Assembly (NCBI GenBank): GCA_963823665.1
Contig: CAWGMQ010000010.1
Span: 992,001-1,056,000, forward strand
Direction: 5' to 3'
DNA from: an uncultured Planctomycetota bacterium
GTDB taxonomy: Bacteria > Planctomycetota > Planctomycetia > Isosphaerales > Isosphaeraceae
DNA: 64,000 bases
In this document: positions 49,063-58,205 of the stretch, piece after piece
Layout: each line of letters opens with the position of its first letter
How positions within the stretch are numbered: the stretch's first letter is position 1
Position numbers and translations under genes: made by a program
The notes under the pieces: generated by a model
The model's database searches: none
What the model was told of the DNA's origin: nothing
The model's input: only the letters and a program-made list of their open reading frames with translations

Positions 49063-51389
49063 CTAGTGTGCTTGGCCCGGGGCAGCGGTATCTCCGGGGT
49101 GGTAGCGGCGCTCGCTGTGGTCTGCGACATCCGCCTGCGCGTACCAGGATGGCTTGAACTGTTTCTTGGCATACAACTGAGCCTGGTCGAACCAGTGGGG
49201 CGAGGCGGGATCACCCGATTGGCCGAATTGAAGAATCGTCTTCGCTTTGGGCGGGTCTGCGAGCTCGACGGCCGCGACGAACGAGTGACCGGCCACGCCA
49301 TAGCGGCGAGTCTGGCCGGCTTGAGGTAGCGTGTAAAAGTTGAAGACGACGCCAAGTGGCCCCGGTGCGCCGGCGATTGGCAAGCTCGGCTGATCGTCGC
49401 GAAACGCGCCTCTACCGAGCAGATCGATCTGCGATCCGTGGATTCTCTGCAGGCGATTGATCTCGCCCCACGCCACCTTCCAGGTGCCGCGCGTCTTCTC
49501 CAGGTCGGCCAGGGTTGCTTCGAGGGCGCGGACGCGGGGATAGTTCAGCATGTCGCGCTTCGCGGCCATCTTGAGGGCCCGGTCGTACGTTTCGGTGAAG
49601 AGCGTCATCGCGACGGAATCGACCGCGCTGGTGCAGTCCCAATTCTTGAGCAGATCAACCGGCTCCTTGAGCTTGGCGGCGCGGTCCGCGTCAGCAGCTC
49701 GAAGCGTATCCCATTCTTTCACGAGATCGGGGATCCGAAGCTCGGCTTCGAGGATCTTGGTGTCGAATCCGTCTCGAGTCCAGTCGTCGTACGCAAATCT
49801 CGCCTTGGACAGAAGGATGCGCCGCGAGATCCGGGCCCGTGGGTTGTCGCGTTCGCGTTCGGTGGCCAACAAGTACGGGGGAAAGTCGGTCTGCTTGGGG
49901 TTCTCATCCACCAGATCGGCGCGCAATTCCTTGCCCACCGGCGTTGTGGACAGAGGTGACTGATTGCAGTTCTGCAAGAAGCCGCACTTGGGGTTCTCCA
50001 CTTGCGGTAGCTCGTCGAAGCGGTGATAGCCCTGCCAATCCGTTTCCGGGTTCGAGCCGTCGACCGGTTTTGTCCAATCGAACTTCGTCGATCGTCTGGG
50101 CACGGCACCGTTGTAGACGTAGAAGATGTTGCCGAGGGTATCGGCCACGATTGCGTTGAACATCGGCAGGTTGCACGGGCGCATGGCGTCCTTGAATTCG
50201 GCCACGCTCTTGGCCCGTCCCATGGCATAGGCCTGGTCGATTGCTCCACTATCTTCGAGCTTGGCGAGCCTGACAGCGAGCGGCTTGCCGTCGCGGACGG
50301 CGACCAGTGGTCCCTGGTGAGTCTTGGTGAAGCGGAACCGGCGACGTTTGACTCCGTTTCCGTCCTTGACGAGAATCTCGTCCGTCCAGGCGGTGGCCTG
50401 TTTCGTGCCGGTGCCGCAGCGGTACTTGAGACGATCGGCTTTGTCGTCGAACGTCATGCTGTAGAGATCGACGACGTCGGGGTTGTTGACGGTGTGGCTC
50501 CAGGCGATGTGGCCGTTGTATCCGATGGAGGGAAACGGTGAGCCGAAGAAGCAAGCTCCCAGTAGATTCCAGCCCTGGTCGCTCGTGAGGTGCCCCTCGT
50601 ACCACTGCCCCGGTCCGAAGAACGGCTGGTGTGGGTTTATGAACATCAGTGCTTTTCCTGACACCGATTTCTCGGGGCGGACGGCCCACATGTTGGAACC
50701 GACGTGCTCCGACATGCTCTGGCGGTCTGCCTCCATCGCCAGCAACTCGGTGCGCAAGTGCCGGGGAAACTCGACTGCGCCGGCCTGGCCGTCGCGAATC
50801 TCCTCCACGGCCGCGAGGATGTCGGAGGCGCGCCAGGCCCGACTTGCCGTAGATGAAGGACTGATAGAGGATGAAGCGGCGAAAGGCGAGCGGATGCCAC
50901 GGCTCGAAATGCGTGATGAGCCGGGGCTTCTGCTCAGAATGGGTGGCAAGGTAATAGTTCAAGCCCACGGCGGTCGCCTGGCAGATTTCCCGCGTTTTCG
51001 GCGAAGCATTCTTGTACTCTTCCATCGAAAGAGCCGGAATTTCGAGGGCGCGGTTCAAGAGGTCATCGGGCAGCGACTTCTCGCCGTAGACCTCGGCTGC
51101 GCGGCCCAGCGAGCGGAGATAACTGTCTTCGACCTGCCAGAAGTAATCTTCGGCCTGGGCATAAATGAATCCAAAGACGCATGCCGCATCGGTTGGCCCG
51201 TAGACGTGCGGAACGCCGAACGTGTCCCGCTCGATCGTGACACTCTTCGCGATCGCAGCCGCCCGGGCTGCCGCTTCAGGTGCCGCCCGGTCGTCACCTC
51301 GCGCGTAGACAGACGGCTGCCGCGACCAAGCCCGAGCCGGCCAGGAGGGCGAGAATAAAAGCCGGGAGCGACCTCAAAGAAGAATTCAT
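49063..51389 (-). CDS. Penicillin acylase-family (S45, Ntn-hydrolase) amidase, secreted (frameshifts ~51285, ~51060, ~50835)
   Basis: Signal peptide MNSSLRSLPAFILALLAG; VTIERDTFGVPHVYG; AQAEDYF; catalytic GSNMWAV; NPHQPF; GQSGDPASPHWFDQA. Confidence 0.88.
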
Positions 51390-51552
51390 GCGTTTCACCG
51401 ATGAAGCCTGTTTTGGAGAGACCATGGCGGGCCCGACACAGGCCGGTCGCCAATCGCTTGCACTATAGCTTTCCAACAGGAGTATTGCCACCTGGTCTCG
51501 ACGACGATGCAGGACGACCCTATTCCCTTACAGTTGTCAGGGATGTATACTG

Positions 51553-52923
51553 ATGTCCGTGGCAGCCACGGTAATGACGCCGAAGGGCTTGACGATGCGA
51601 AGCGACACGACGATTGGACCGCAAAACGAGAACGGGACGCGGCGAGGATTCATCGGCGCTCTCGCCGCGGGGAGCGCACTGGCCACGTTCCGGAGCGACG
51701 CCGTCGCGCGATGCATGGGCGCCGGCCGCGATGCCGCGGGCGAGGCGGCGGGGGACCTGGCCGCCAACGAAGACTACTGGAGGGAGATCCAGCGCTGTTT
51801 CGACGCCGAGCGGACGGTCATCAATTTGAACAACGGCGGTGTGAGCCCGGCACCCTCACACGTGCTGGAGCAGATGATCCGCGACTTGCGGTTCTGCAAC
51901 GAGCTGCCGGCGCACCACATGTGGCAGGTGCTCGAGCCGCGGATCGAGACGGTGCGCCGGGAGCTGGCCCGTCAGTTCGGCTGCGATGCCGAAGAGCTGG
52001 CGATCACGCGGAATGCCTCTGAGGGGATGGAAACCTTGATCCTGGGCATCGAGCTCAAGCGGGGCGACGAGGTGATCGTCACCGACCAGAACTATCCGCG
52101 GATGCTCACGGCCTGGGATCAGCGGGCCCGCCGTGACGGAATCGTCGTGAAGCGGATCTCGTTCCCCGTGCCGCTCGCCTCGCCGGAAGCTTTCGTGGAA
52201 CGGATCGGTCGAGCGATCACGCCCGCCACCCGTGCGATCGAGTTTCCCCACATCACGAACACGACCGGCCAGATCCTGCCGGTGCGCGACGTGGTGCGGA
52301 TGGCCCGCGCGCGTGGAATTCCCGTGTTCGTTGACGGGGCACACGCGTTCGCCCATTTCCCGTTCACTCGCGACGGGCTCGATTGCGACTTCTTCGCGAC
52401 CAGTCTGCACAAATGGCTGCTGGCCCCCATTGGCACTGGCTTTCTCTACGTGCGCAAGGGTCGCCAGAAGTCGATCTGGCCGCTCATGGCCGCGCCGGCA
52501 GACATGGATGAGAACATCCGAAAATTTGAAGAAATCGGGACGCATCCCGCGGCGAACCACAATGCAATTGCCGCGGCACTGGCCTTCCACCAGAGCATCG
52601 GCAACGAGCGAAAAGCCACGCGGCTGCGGCAGCTTCGCGACCGCTGGGCCAGACCGCTCAAGCAAACGAGCAACCGAGTCACTGTGTGGACGCGACTCGA
52701 CGATGACCACGCATCGTGCGGCATTGGCCTGGTCGGGATCGAGGGCATCGATTCGTCGAAGCTGAGCGAACATCTATTTGCCGAGCACAAGATCCTGACC
52801 GTCGCGATCAAGCACGAGGATTTTGCCGGGATCAGGGTAACGCCGAACGTTTACACGACTCTGAACGAGATCGACGCGTTCACTGATGTCATGCGACGCG
52901 TCATTGCCCGGGGGATCTCGTGA
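51553..52923 (+). CDS. Tat-exported PLP-dependent class V aminotransferase (isopenicillin-N epimerase/cysteine desulfurase-like); alternative start 51595
   Basis: TRRGFIG twin-arginine motif; NLNNGGVSP, TRNASEG, VDGAH, SLHKW (PLP lysine) and EEIGTH. Confidence 0.88.
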   Translation: MSVAATVMTPKGLTMRSDTTIGPQNENGTRRGFIGALAAGSALATFRSDAVARCMGAGRDAAGEAAGDLAANEDYWREIQRCFDAERTVINLNNGGVSPAPSHVLEQMIRDLRFCNELPAHHMWQVLEPRIETVRRELARQFGCDAEELAITRNASEGMETLILGIELKRGDEVIVTDQNYPRMLTAWDQRARRDGIVVKRISFPVPLASPEAFVERIGRAITPATRAIEFPHITNTTGQILPVRDVVRMARARGIPVFVDGAHAFAHFPFTRDGLDCDFFATSLHKWLLAPIGTGFLYVRKGRQKSIWPLMAAPADMDENIRKFEEIGTHPAANHNAIAAALAFHQSIGNERKATRLRQLRDRWARPLKQTSNRVTVWTRLDDDHASCGIGLVGIEGIDSSKLSEHLFAEHKILTVAIKHEDFAGIRVTPNVYTTLNEIDAFTDVMRRVIARGIS

Positions 52924-52938
52924 CGGTAACTTGACGGC

Positions 52939-53970
52939 TCACGGTTTTTGACTTGACCCGAGCCGGCCGGGCAACCGATTCTTCGGAACGCACACGGCCA
53001 TCGACCCCGCCACGGTGACGACGTCGAACCGGGCCTGGTAGCCGATCAACAGGTGAGCGGCCCAGGGTTCCATTCCGTAGTCCTTGACGAGCCAGGCGAC
53101 CATGTCGCTCGTGGCCATCTTGAGGCCGTTGTCGAGGGCGCTTGCGAACTCGGGCTGCGAGCCGATGCTGATGATCTCGCCGGCTGTCTCGACCCGCGGG
53201 CCGGTGAGTTTCGCCCCCTTTTTCAGATCGACGACGAACTCCACGTCCATCGACGTTTCGATTCCCGTTCCCGTCGGCTCTCCATCGGCCTGGAGGGCGT
53301 GGCCGTCGCCCACGAACAGCAGGCCCCCTGAATGGTAAACCGGCAGGTACACCGTCGCTCCCTCGCCGATCTTGTTGTAATCGAGGTTCCCGCCGTAAGC
53401 GCCTGAGGGTCCGGAAGTGGGCGCGAAATCGCCCGCCGGCGCGACGCCGATGCACCCGAGCATCGGCCTCGCGGGAAACTCCAGCGTGTGAACCTGGCTC
53501 TTGGGTGTCCGGAGCCGGACGGTGTTGGCCTTGCGGTCGATGTCCCAGGGAACGATTGTCGCTCGGCCCTTGATCACGAGGTCGGGATGGACGTCATTTG
53601 GGTAGACGTGCTCGACCATTTCGGGTGTCAATGCGAAGAGACCGAGCCTGTATGCGGACCATCCCCAGTCGCGATTCAGCCGCACCTTGTTCAGGCGAAC
53701 GACGATCGCGTCTCCCGGTTCGGCGCCATCGATGAAGAACGGCCCGGTGAGAGGGTTGAAGGGCTCGGAGCGTTTCACGTCCTTCTCGTCGAGCCCGGCC
53801 GAGTCGAGCGTCTTCGTCGCCACGATGTCGCCGGGCTTGATCCGTTTCAAGACCGGGTGTGAATGGGAGAACGTACGATGATACGTCGTTGCGATGATGC
53901 TCGCCGGCTCGTCGGTCTTGGCCTCTATGCCGAACGCGAGGAGCGAGATGGCTAACGTGACTCGAATCAT
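52939..53970 (-). CDS. Acetamidase/formamidase family protein, secreted
   Basis: Signal peptide; NPLTGPFFIDGAEPGD, PMLGCIGVAP, GGNLD and GDGHALQADGE. Confidence 0.9.
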   Translation of the reverse strand: MIRVTLAISLLAFGIEAKTDEPASIIATTYHRTFSHSHPVLKRIKPGDIVATKTLDSAGLDEKDVKRSEPFNPLTGPFFIDGAEPGDAIVVRLNKVRLNRDWGWSAYRLGLFALTPEMVEHVYPNDVHPDLVIKGRATIVPWDIDRKANTVRLRTPKSQVHTLEFPARPMLGCIGVAPAGDFAPTSGPSGAYGGNLDYNKIGEGATVYLPVYHSGGLLFVGDGHALQADGEPTGTGIETSMDVEFVVDLKKGAKLTGPRVETAGEIISIGSQPEFASALDNGLKMATSDMVAWLVKDYGMEPWAAHLLIGYQARFDVVTVAGSMAVCVPKNRLPGRLGSSQKP

Positions 53971-54190
53971 GCGGAGGGTCCTGAGTGGTGAGAAACGCCG
54001 GAGGAGAAAATGACAAATCGGGGTGGGACTAGCGTAACGTGCGATACTCTTATGAGCGAGAGGGTCATGATCTCGCGCATGGCTGTTTGACTCTTCCTGA
54101 AGGGCATTTGTCGAACTACAATATTGCCTCTGGCCGAGCGTCGGAAGCGTATCGGCATTGAATCGCCAATAAGGGAGGCGGATCAAATTC

Positions 54191-54817
54191 ATGCCGGATG
54201 ACGGTGGGGGCTCGATCACGGGATGGATCGCGGGCGTGAAGTCCGGCGACCTGGGCGCTGCGCAGCCGCTCTGGGAGCGTTATTTCGCGCGGATGGTGGA
54301 ACTGGCGAGAGCGCGGCTGCGCGACACCGGACGAAGGGGCCGCGACGCCGCGAGCGACGAGGAGGACGCCGCCTTGAGCGCCTTCGACAGCCTGTGTGCG
54401 GGGCTGGCCCGCGGAAAGTTCCCGCAACTGGCCGATCGGGACGACCTGTGGCGGCTCCTGGTGGTCATCACCACGAGGAAGGTGAGCGCTTCTGCCCGGC
54501 GCCAGCTCCGGCAGAAACGTGGCGGGGGCCAGGTGCACGCAGCGAGCGACCTCGCGGCCGGCGATTCTGAAGACGACATCCTCGCCCGCGCCGTCGGCTT
54601 GGAGCCGACGCCCGAATTCGCCGCGATGGTCGCCGAAGAATATCGCAAACTACTCGACCGCCTGGGCGACGACGTTCTCCGCAAAGTCGCGATTCTGCGG
54701 ATGGAAGGCTACACGACCGACGCGATCGCCGAACAGCTCGGCTGCGCCCGTCGCACGATCGCGCGGCAACTGGCGCTGATCCGGAGAATCCTGGCCGCGG
54801 ATTTCGATCCGGCCTGA
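54191..54817 (+). CDS. ECF-type sigma factor, planctomycete kinase-associated type
   Basis: GSITGWI..GDLGAAQPLWERYF, DEEDAALSAF, DRDDLWRLL, KRGGG and MEGYTTDAIAEQLGC; GGGAGG RBS. Confidence 0.9.
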   Translation: MPDDGGGSITGWIAGVKSGDLGAAQPLWERYFARMVELARARLRDTGRRGRDAASDEEDAALSAFDSLCAGLARGKFPQLADRDDLWRLLVVITTRKVSASARRQLRQKRGGGQVHAASDLAAGDSEDDILARAVGLEPTPEFAAMVAEEYRKLLDRLGDDVLRKVAILRMEGYTTDAIAEQLGCARRTIARQLALIRRILAADFDPA

Positions 54818-54864
54818 TCGTGTGGCGCATGCCCAGCTTCTTTCTCGCGGCTCAGGATGCGACA

Positions 54865-57021
54865 ATGGCTCGGCTTGTCCCTCACGGGGGTCGGGCCGAC
54901 ACTCCTGTCGGCCGTGAAGCCGGCGTCAAGGATCAGGCGATGGATCAAGTAATCTTGCCCAAGACCCAGTTCGACATCCTCCGCGACCGGATGATGGCCG
55001 GCTCGCTCACGGCGCCGTCGCCCGGCTCGCAGGTCGAGCTGGCTGGCGGCGAGACGGTTACCGACCAGCGTGTCGTCCGCTACAGGCTGGTCGACCGCCT
55101 GGCCGAGACGCTCGATTCTCTGGCTGTAGACGAGCGCGAAGCGGTCGAAGCCCAGTTCCTCGGCAAGGCTGCTGGAGATGAGACGACCGAGCGGACCGTT
55201 TCCGCATTTACGAACGCCGCGCTCGTCCGCCGCGGGATCGAGACGCTCCGTCAGCGGCTTCTCGGTCTGCCGGAGCCTGGGGGTGCTACGAATGCCGATT
55301 CGCAGGGAAACCATGACGGTCGGATCGACCAGGTCGTGGCTGCTTACCTCGAATCGCTCGTCACGAGCCGTCCTCTCGATCGCGCAGAGTTGCTCTCGAC
55401 TCATCCGGACCTGGCCGCCGAGCTTTCACGATTCTTCGCGGGCTACGACGTAGCCTACCTGTGGTTCGGCCCGCTCGCCGAGACAGCTCTCGCCCCTTGC
55501 GCTGCCCAAACGGTCGTCACCGATCAGCGCGGCGGCGAACGCCTGTCGCTCGCCACGAAAGTGAGGATTGGCCGTTACGAGCTCCAGGACGTGCTGGGAG
55601 GAGGTGGTCAGGGCGTCGTGTACAAGGCGCTTCAACGCGGGGCCGTCGAACAGACGGTGGCCGTGAAGACGTTGCGGGCCGAAGGACTGGCGGCGGAAGG
55701 GGACGTCGCCAAGTTTGTGCGGGAAATGCGGATGATGACGGAGCTGGACCACCCCGGGCTGGTGTCGATCCTCGATTCCGGGATCGAGGACGGTCGGCCT
55801 TTTCTGGCGATGCCGCTGATCGTCGGAGGTAGCTTGACGAGCCGCCTCAAGGAGGGAGGCCTCCCGGACCCGGCGACGGCCGCTCGCTGGATGGCCGACA
55901 TCGCCCGGGCAGTCCAGTACCTGCATGACAAAAACATGGTTCACCGCGATCTGAAGCCCTCGAATATTCTGTTCGATGCGCAAGGCCAGCCTCGCGTCGC
56001 CGATTTCGGTCTGGTGCGCCTGGTGGAGCAGGCGGGGGGCACGGCCCAGGCCTCTTCGGTCGTCGTCGAAGGCACTGCATCCTACATGGCTCCCGAGCAG
56101 GCGTCCGGGCGGATCAAGGCCGTGGGGAGGTGGACCGACGTCTATGGGATGGGTGCGATCCTCTACGAGATCTTGACCAGTCGCCCGCCGTTTCGATCGG
56201 ACTCGTTCATGAAGACCCTTGCACGGGTGCTTGAGGACGAGCCGGAATCCCCACGCCGTCTTCGGCATGAAGTGCCCGTTGAGCTCGAGGCGATCTGTCT
56301 GAAGTGTCTGGCGAAGAATCCTGCCGATCGGTACGAGTCGGCCGGCAAGCTGGCCGACGAGCTCGACCGCTTCCGCCACGGGCTTCCCCTGGAGCTGACC
56401 CATCCGCCCGGATTTCTCGCCCGCACGGGACGGTGGGCACGGCGCGAGCCGGGCCTCGCCACCCGACTCACCGTTGTCATCGGCTGCACAATCGTGATTG
56501 CGGCGAACTGGCTCTCAGCCAAGGCGGGACTCTACACGCCGCGAACTCTTGGTTGGTCGATCGGACCGATTTCCGGCGGCCCGGATTCTCTGCGCTGGGT
56601 GAACCTGGCGCTCTTGCTCGGCTGGGGGCTGGCCGCGGCCGGCTTCCAGGCCGCCTTGCGGCGGACGAAGCAAGTCGAGGGCGTTGTCCGCGCCTGGCTG
56701 GGCACCGACGTCTTGCTCGCGACCCTCCTGCTGATCATCGACGGTCAGCCGATGACCCCGCTCACCGCGGTCTATCCCGTTCTGATTGCCGCGTCGGGGC
56801 TCTGGTCCCGAGCGCGCGTCGTGGTTTTCACCACTGCACTGGCCATGCTCGGCTACATGATCTTGATCGCCGAAGGCTGGGCGAGTGGCAAGCCGATCGG
56901 CCCTCGCTACGGTCACCTGGATTTCCTCGCCGGCCTCGCGCTCATGGGTTTCATCTCGGCCTACCAGTCACGCCGCCTCCGCGCCCTCGGAAGGCTGATC
57001 GAAGAGGGGACCGAGGCATGA
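54865..57021 (+). CDS. Membrane-bound Ser/Thr protein kinase with unusual sigma4-like N-terminal segment
   Basis: LGGGGQGVVY, VAVK, HRDLKPSN, DFG, GTASYMAPE and DVYGMG; about 6 C-terminal TM helices. Start position is uncertain. Confidence 0.9.
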   Translation: MARLVPHGGRADTPVGREAGVKDQAMDQVILPKTQFDILRDRMMAGSLTAPSPGSQVELAGGETVTDQRVVRYRLVDRLAETLDSLAVDEREAVEAQFLGKAAGDETTERTVSAFTNAALVRRGIETLRQRLLGLPEPGGATNADSQGNHDGRIDQVVAAYLESLVTSRPLDRAELLSTHPDLAAELSRFFAGYDVAYLWFGPLAETALAPCAAQTVVTDQRGGERLSLATKVRIGRYELQDVLGGGGQGVVYKALQRGAVEQTVAVKTLRAEGLAAEGDVAKFVREMRMMTELDHPGLVSILDSGIEDGRPFLAMPLIVGGSLTSRLKEGGLPDPATAARWMADIARAVQYLHDKNMVHRDLKPSNILFDAQGQPRVADFGLVRLVEQAGGTAQASSVVVEGTASYMAPEQASGRIKAVGRWTDVYGMGAILYEILTSRPPFRSDSFMKTLARVLEDEPESPRRLRHEVPVELEAICLKCLAKNPADRYESAGKLADELDRFRHGLPLELTHPPGFLARTGRWARREPGLATRLTVVIGCTIVIAANWLSAKAGLYTPRTLGWSIGPISGGPDSLRWVNLALLLGWGLAAAGFQAALRRTKQVEGVVRAWLGTDVLLATLLLIIDGQPMTPLTAVYPVLIAASGLWSRARVVVFTTALAMLGYMILIAEGWASGKPIGPRYGHLDFLAGLALMGFISAYQSRRLRALGRLIEEGTEA

Positions 57022-57069
57022 ATCGTGTTGCTGGTCGACCGCTCCGTGCCGGCGATGTCTGAGTGCGAT

Positions 57070-58185
57070 TCATTGGCGATTGAGCGATTGATAGATCGCC
57101 GTGGAAATCGTTCCGAGCTCCGCCGGGCTGGTGTTGCACATGACGACGACCCCGTGTCCTGCGCGGATAGATGACCAGTCGGGTGGCAACACCGGGCTGC
57201 GCCCCGCCGTGCGACACCTTCAGACCGTCCTTCAGGTCGATAAAGAACCCCAGGCCGCAGTCTGTCTTCTTGTGGTCGGACGTCTCCTGCGGCTGCCACA
57301 TTCGTTCTTCCATTTTTTCGGAGACGACGCGGTGATTGATCAAGCCCGCGGCCCAGGCGCGAAGTCGACAACGTTGGACTTGAAACCGCCCGCGCCATAC
57401 TTCCAGTACTCCGCCTCCGGCCGCGCACGCACGACGTCACCCTCCTTGTTCTTGACGTACCGAACGGTCCAATGATCGTGTTGTCCAGATGGGACGTCGA
57501 GCTGGAGCGACGTCATTTTCAATGGCTTCGCGATCCTCTCCTGGACCTGACTGACAAATCCATCCCGGCCCGCCCGCTCCACGACCGCACTCAGAAGGAT
57601 GTATGCATAGGATGAGTACGAGTACTTTTCTCCCGGATTGAACAAAAGCGGCGACCGGTTGAATTGATCGAGCGCGAGCACCACGTCCGACAATGGCTTG
57701 CCGGAGGGATGCTGCCGCACGGTTGTCGGGATGATTTTTCCATTGCTGTAGTGCGGAATGCCACTCTGATGACAGAGCAAATCACGAGACGTGATGACCA
57801 CGCCTTTGCCGGGAAATTCGGGCACATAGTCGCGAATGTCCCGATTCAAATCCAGGGTGCCCTTCTCCACAAGCTGCATCGCCGCGACGGCCGTCAGCGG
57901 TTTCGAGTTGGACGCCCAGTTAAACACGGTTTTATCGCTGGCGGCCACACCGCGCTCCCGGTCGGCAAAGCCGTACCCTTTGGTGTAGACGATTCGACCG
58001 TGTTGAATGATGCCGATCGCCACGCCGACGAGATTCTGCCTCCCCATCTCTGCCGCGACGGCCTTGTCGACGGCCAGCGCTTTCTCTGTGGCGAGCAGCT
58101 CAGGCTCTTGTGCGAAACAGGGTGACGCCAGGAACGTGACAATCAGGCACGCCGTCGAAAGCCGGCGCCAAATTGGAAATGTCAT
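57070..58185 (-). CDS. Beta-lactamase-family serine hydrolase, secreted (frameshifts ~57357 and ~57150)
   Basis: WASNSKP (SxxK), LLCHQSGI, PGEKYSYSS and GAGGFKS; then SHGGAQPG and GVVVMCNT..LNRQ* in the following frames. Confidence 0.85.
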
Positions 58186-58205
58186 CGGCAAGTCCTCCAA
58201 GAGAC

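Noticed and set aside
51553..52923. PLP enzyme as the missing ergothioneine C-S lyase (EgtE/Egt2)
   Set aside because: It lies 30 kb from egtBD and carries a Tat export signal. The fold class is compatible, but nothing else supports the link.
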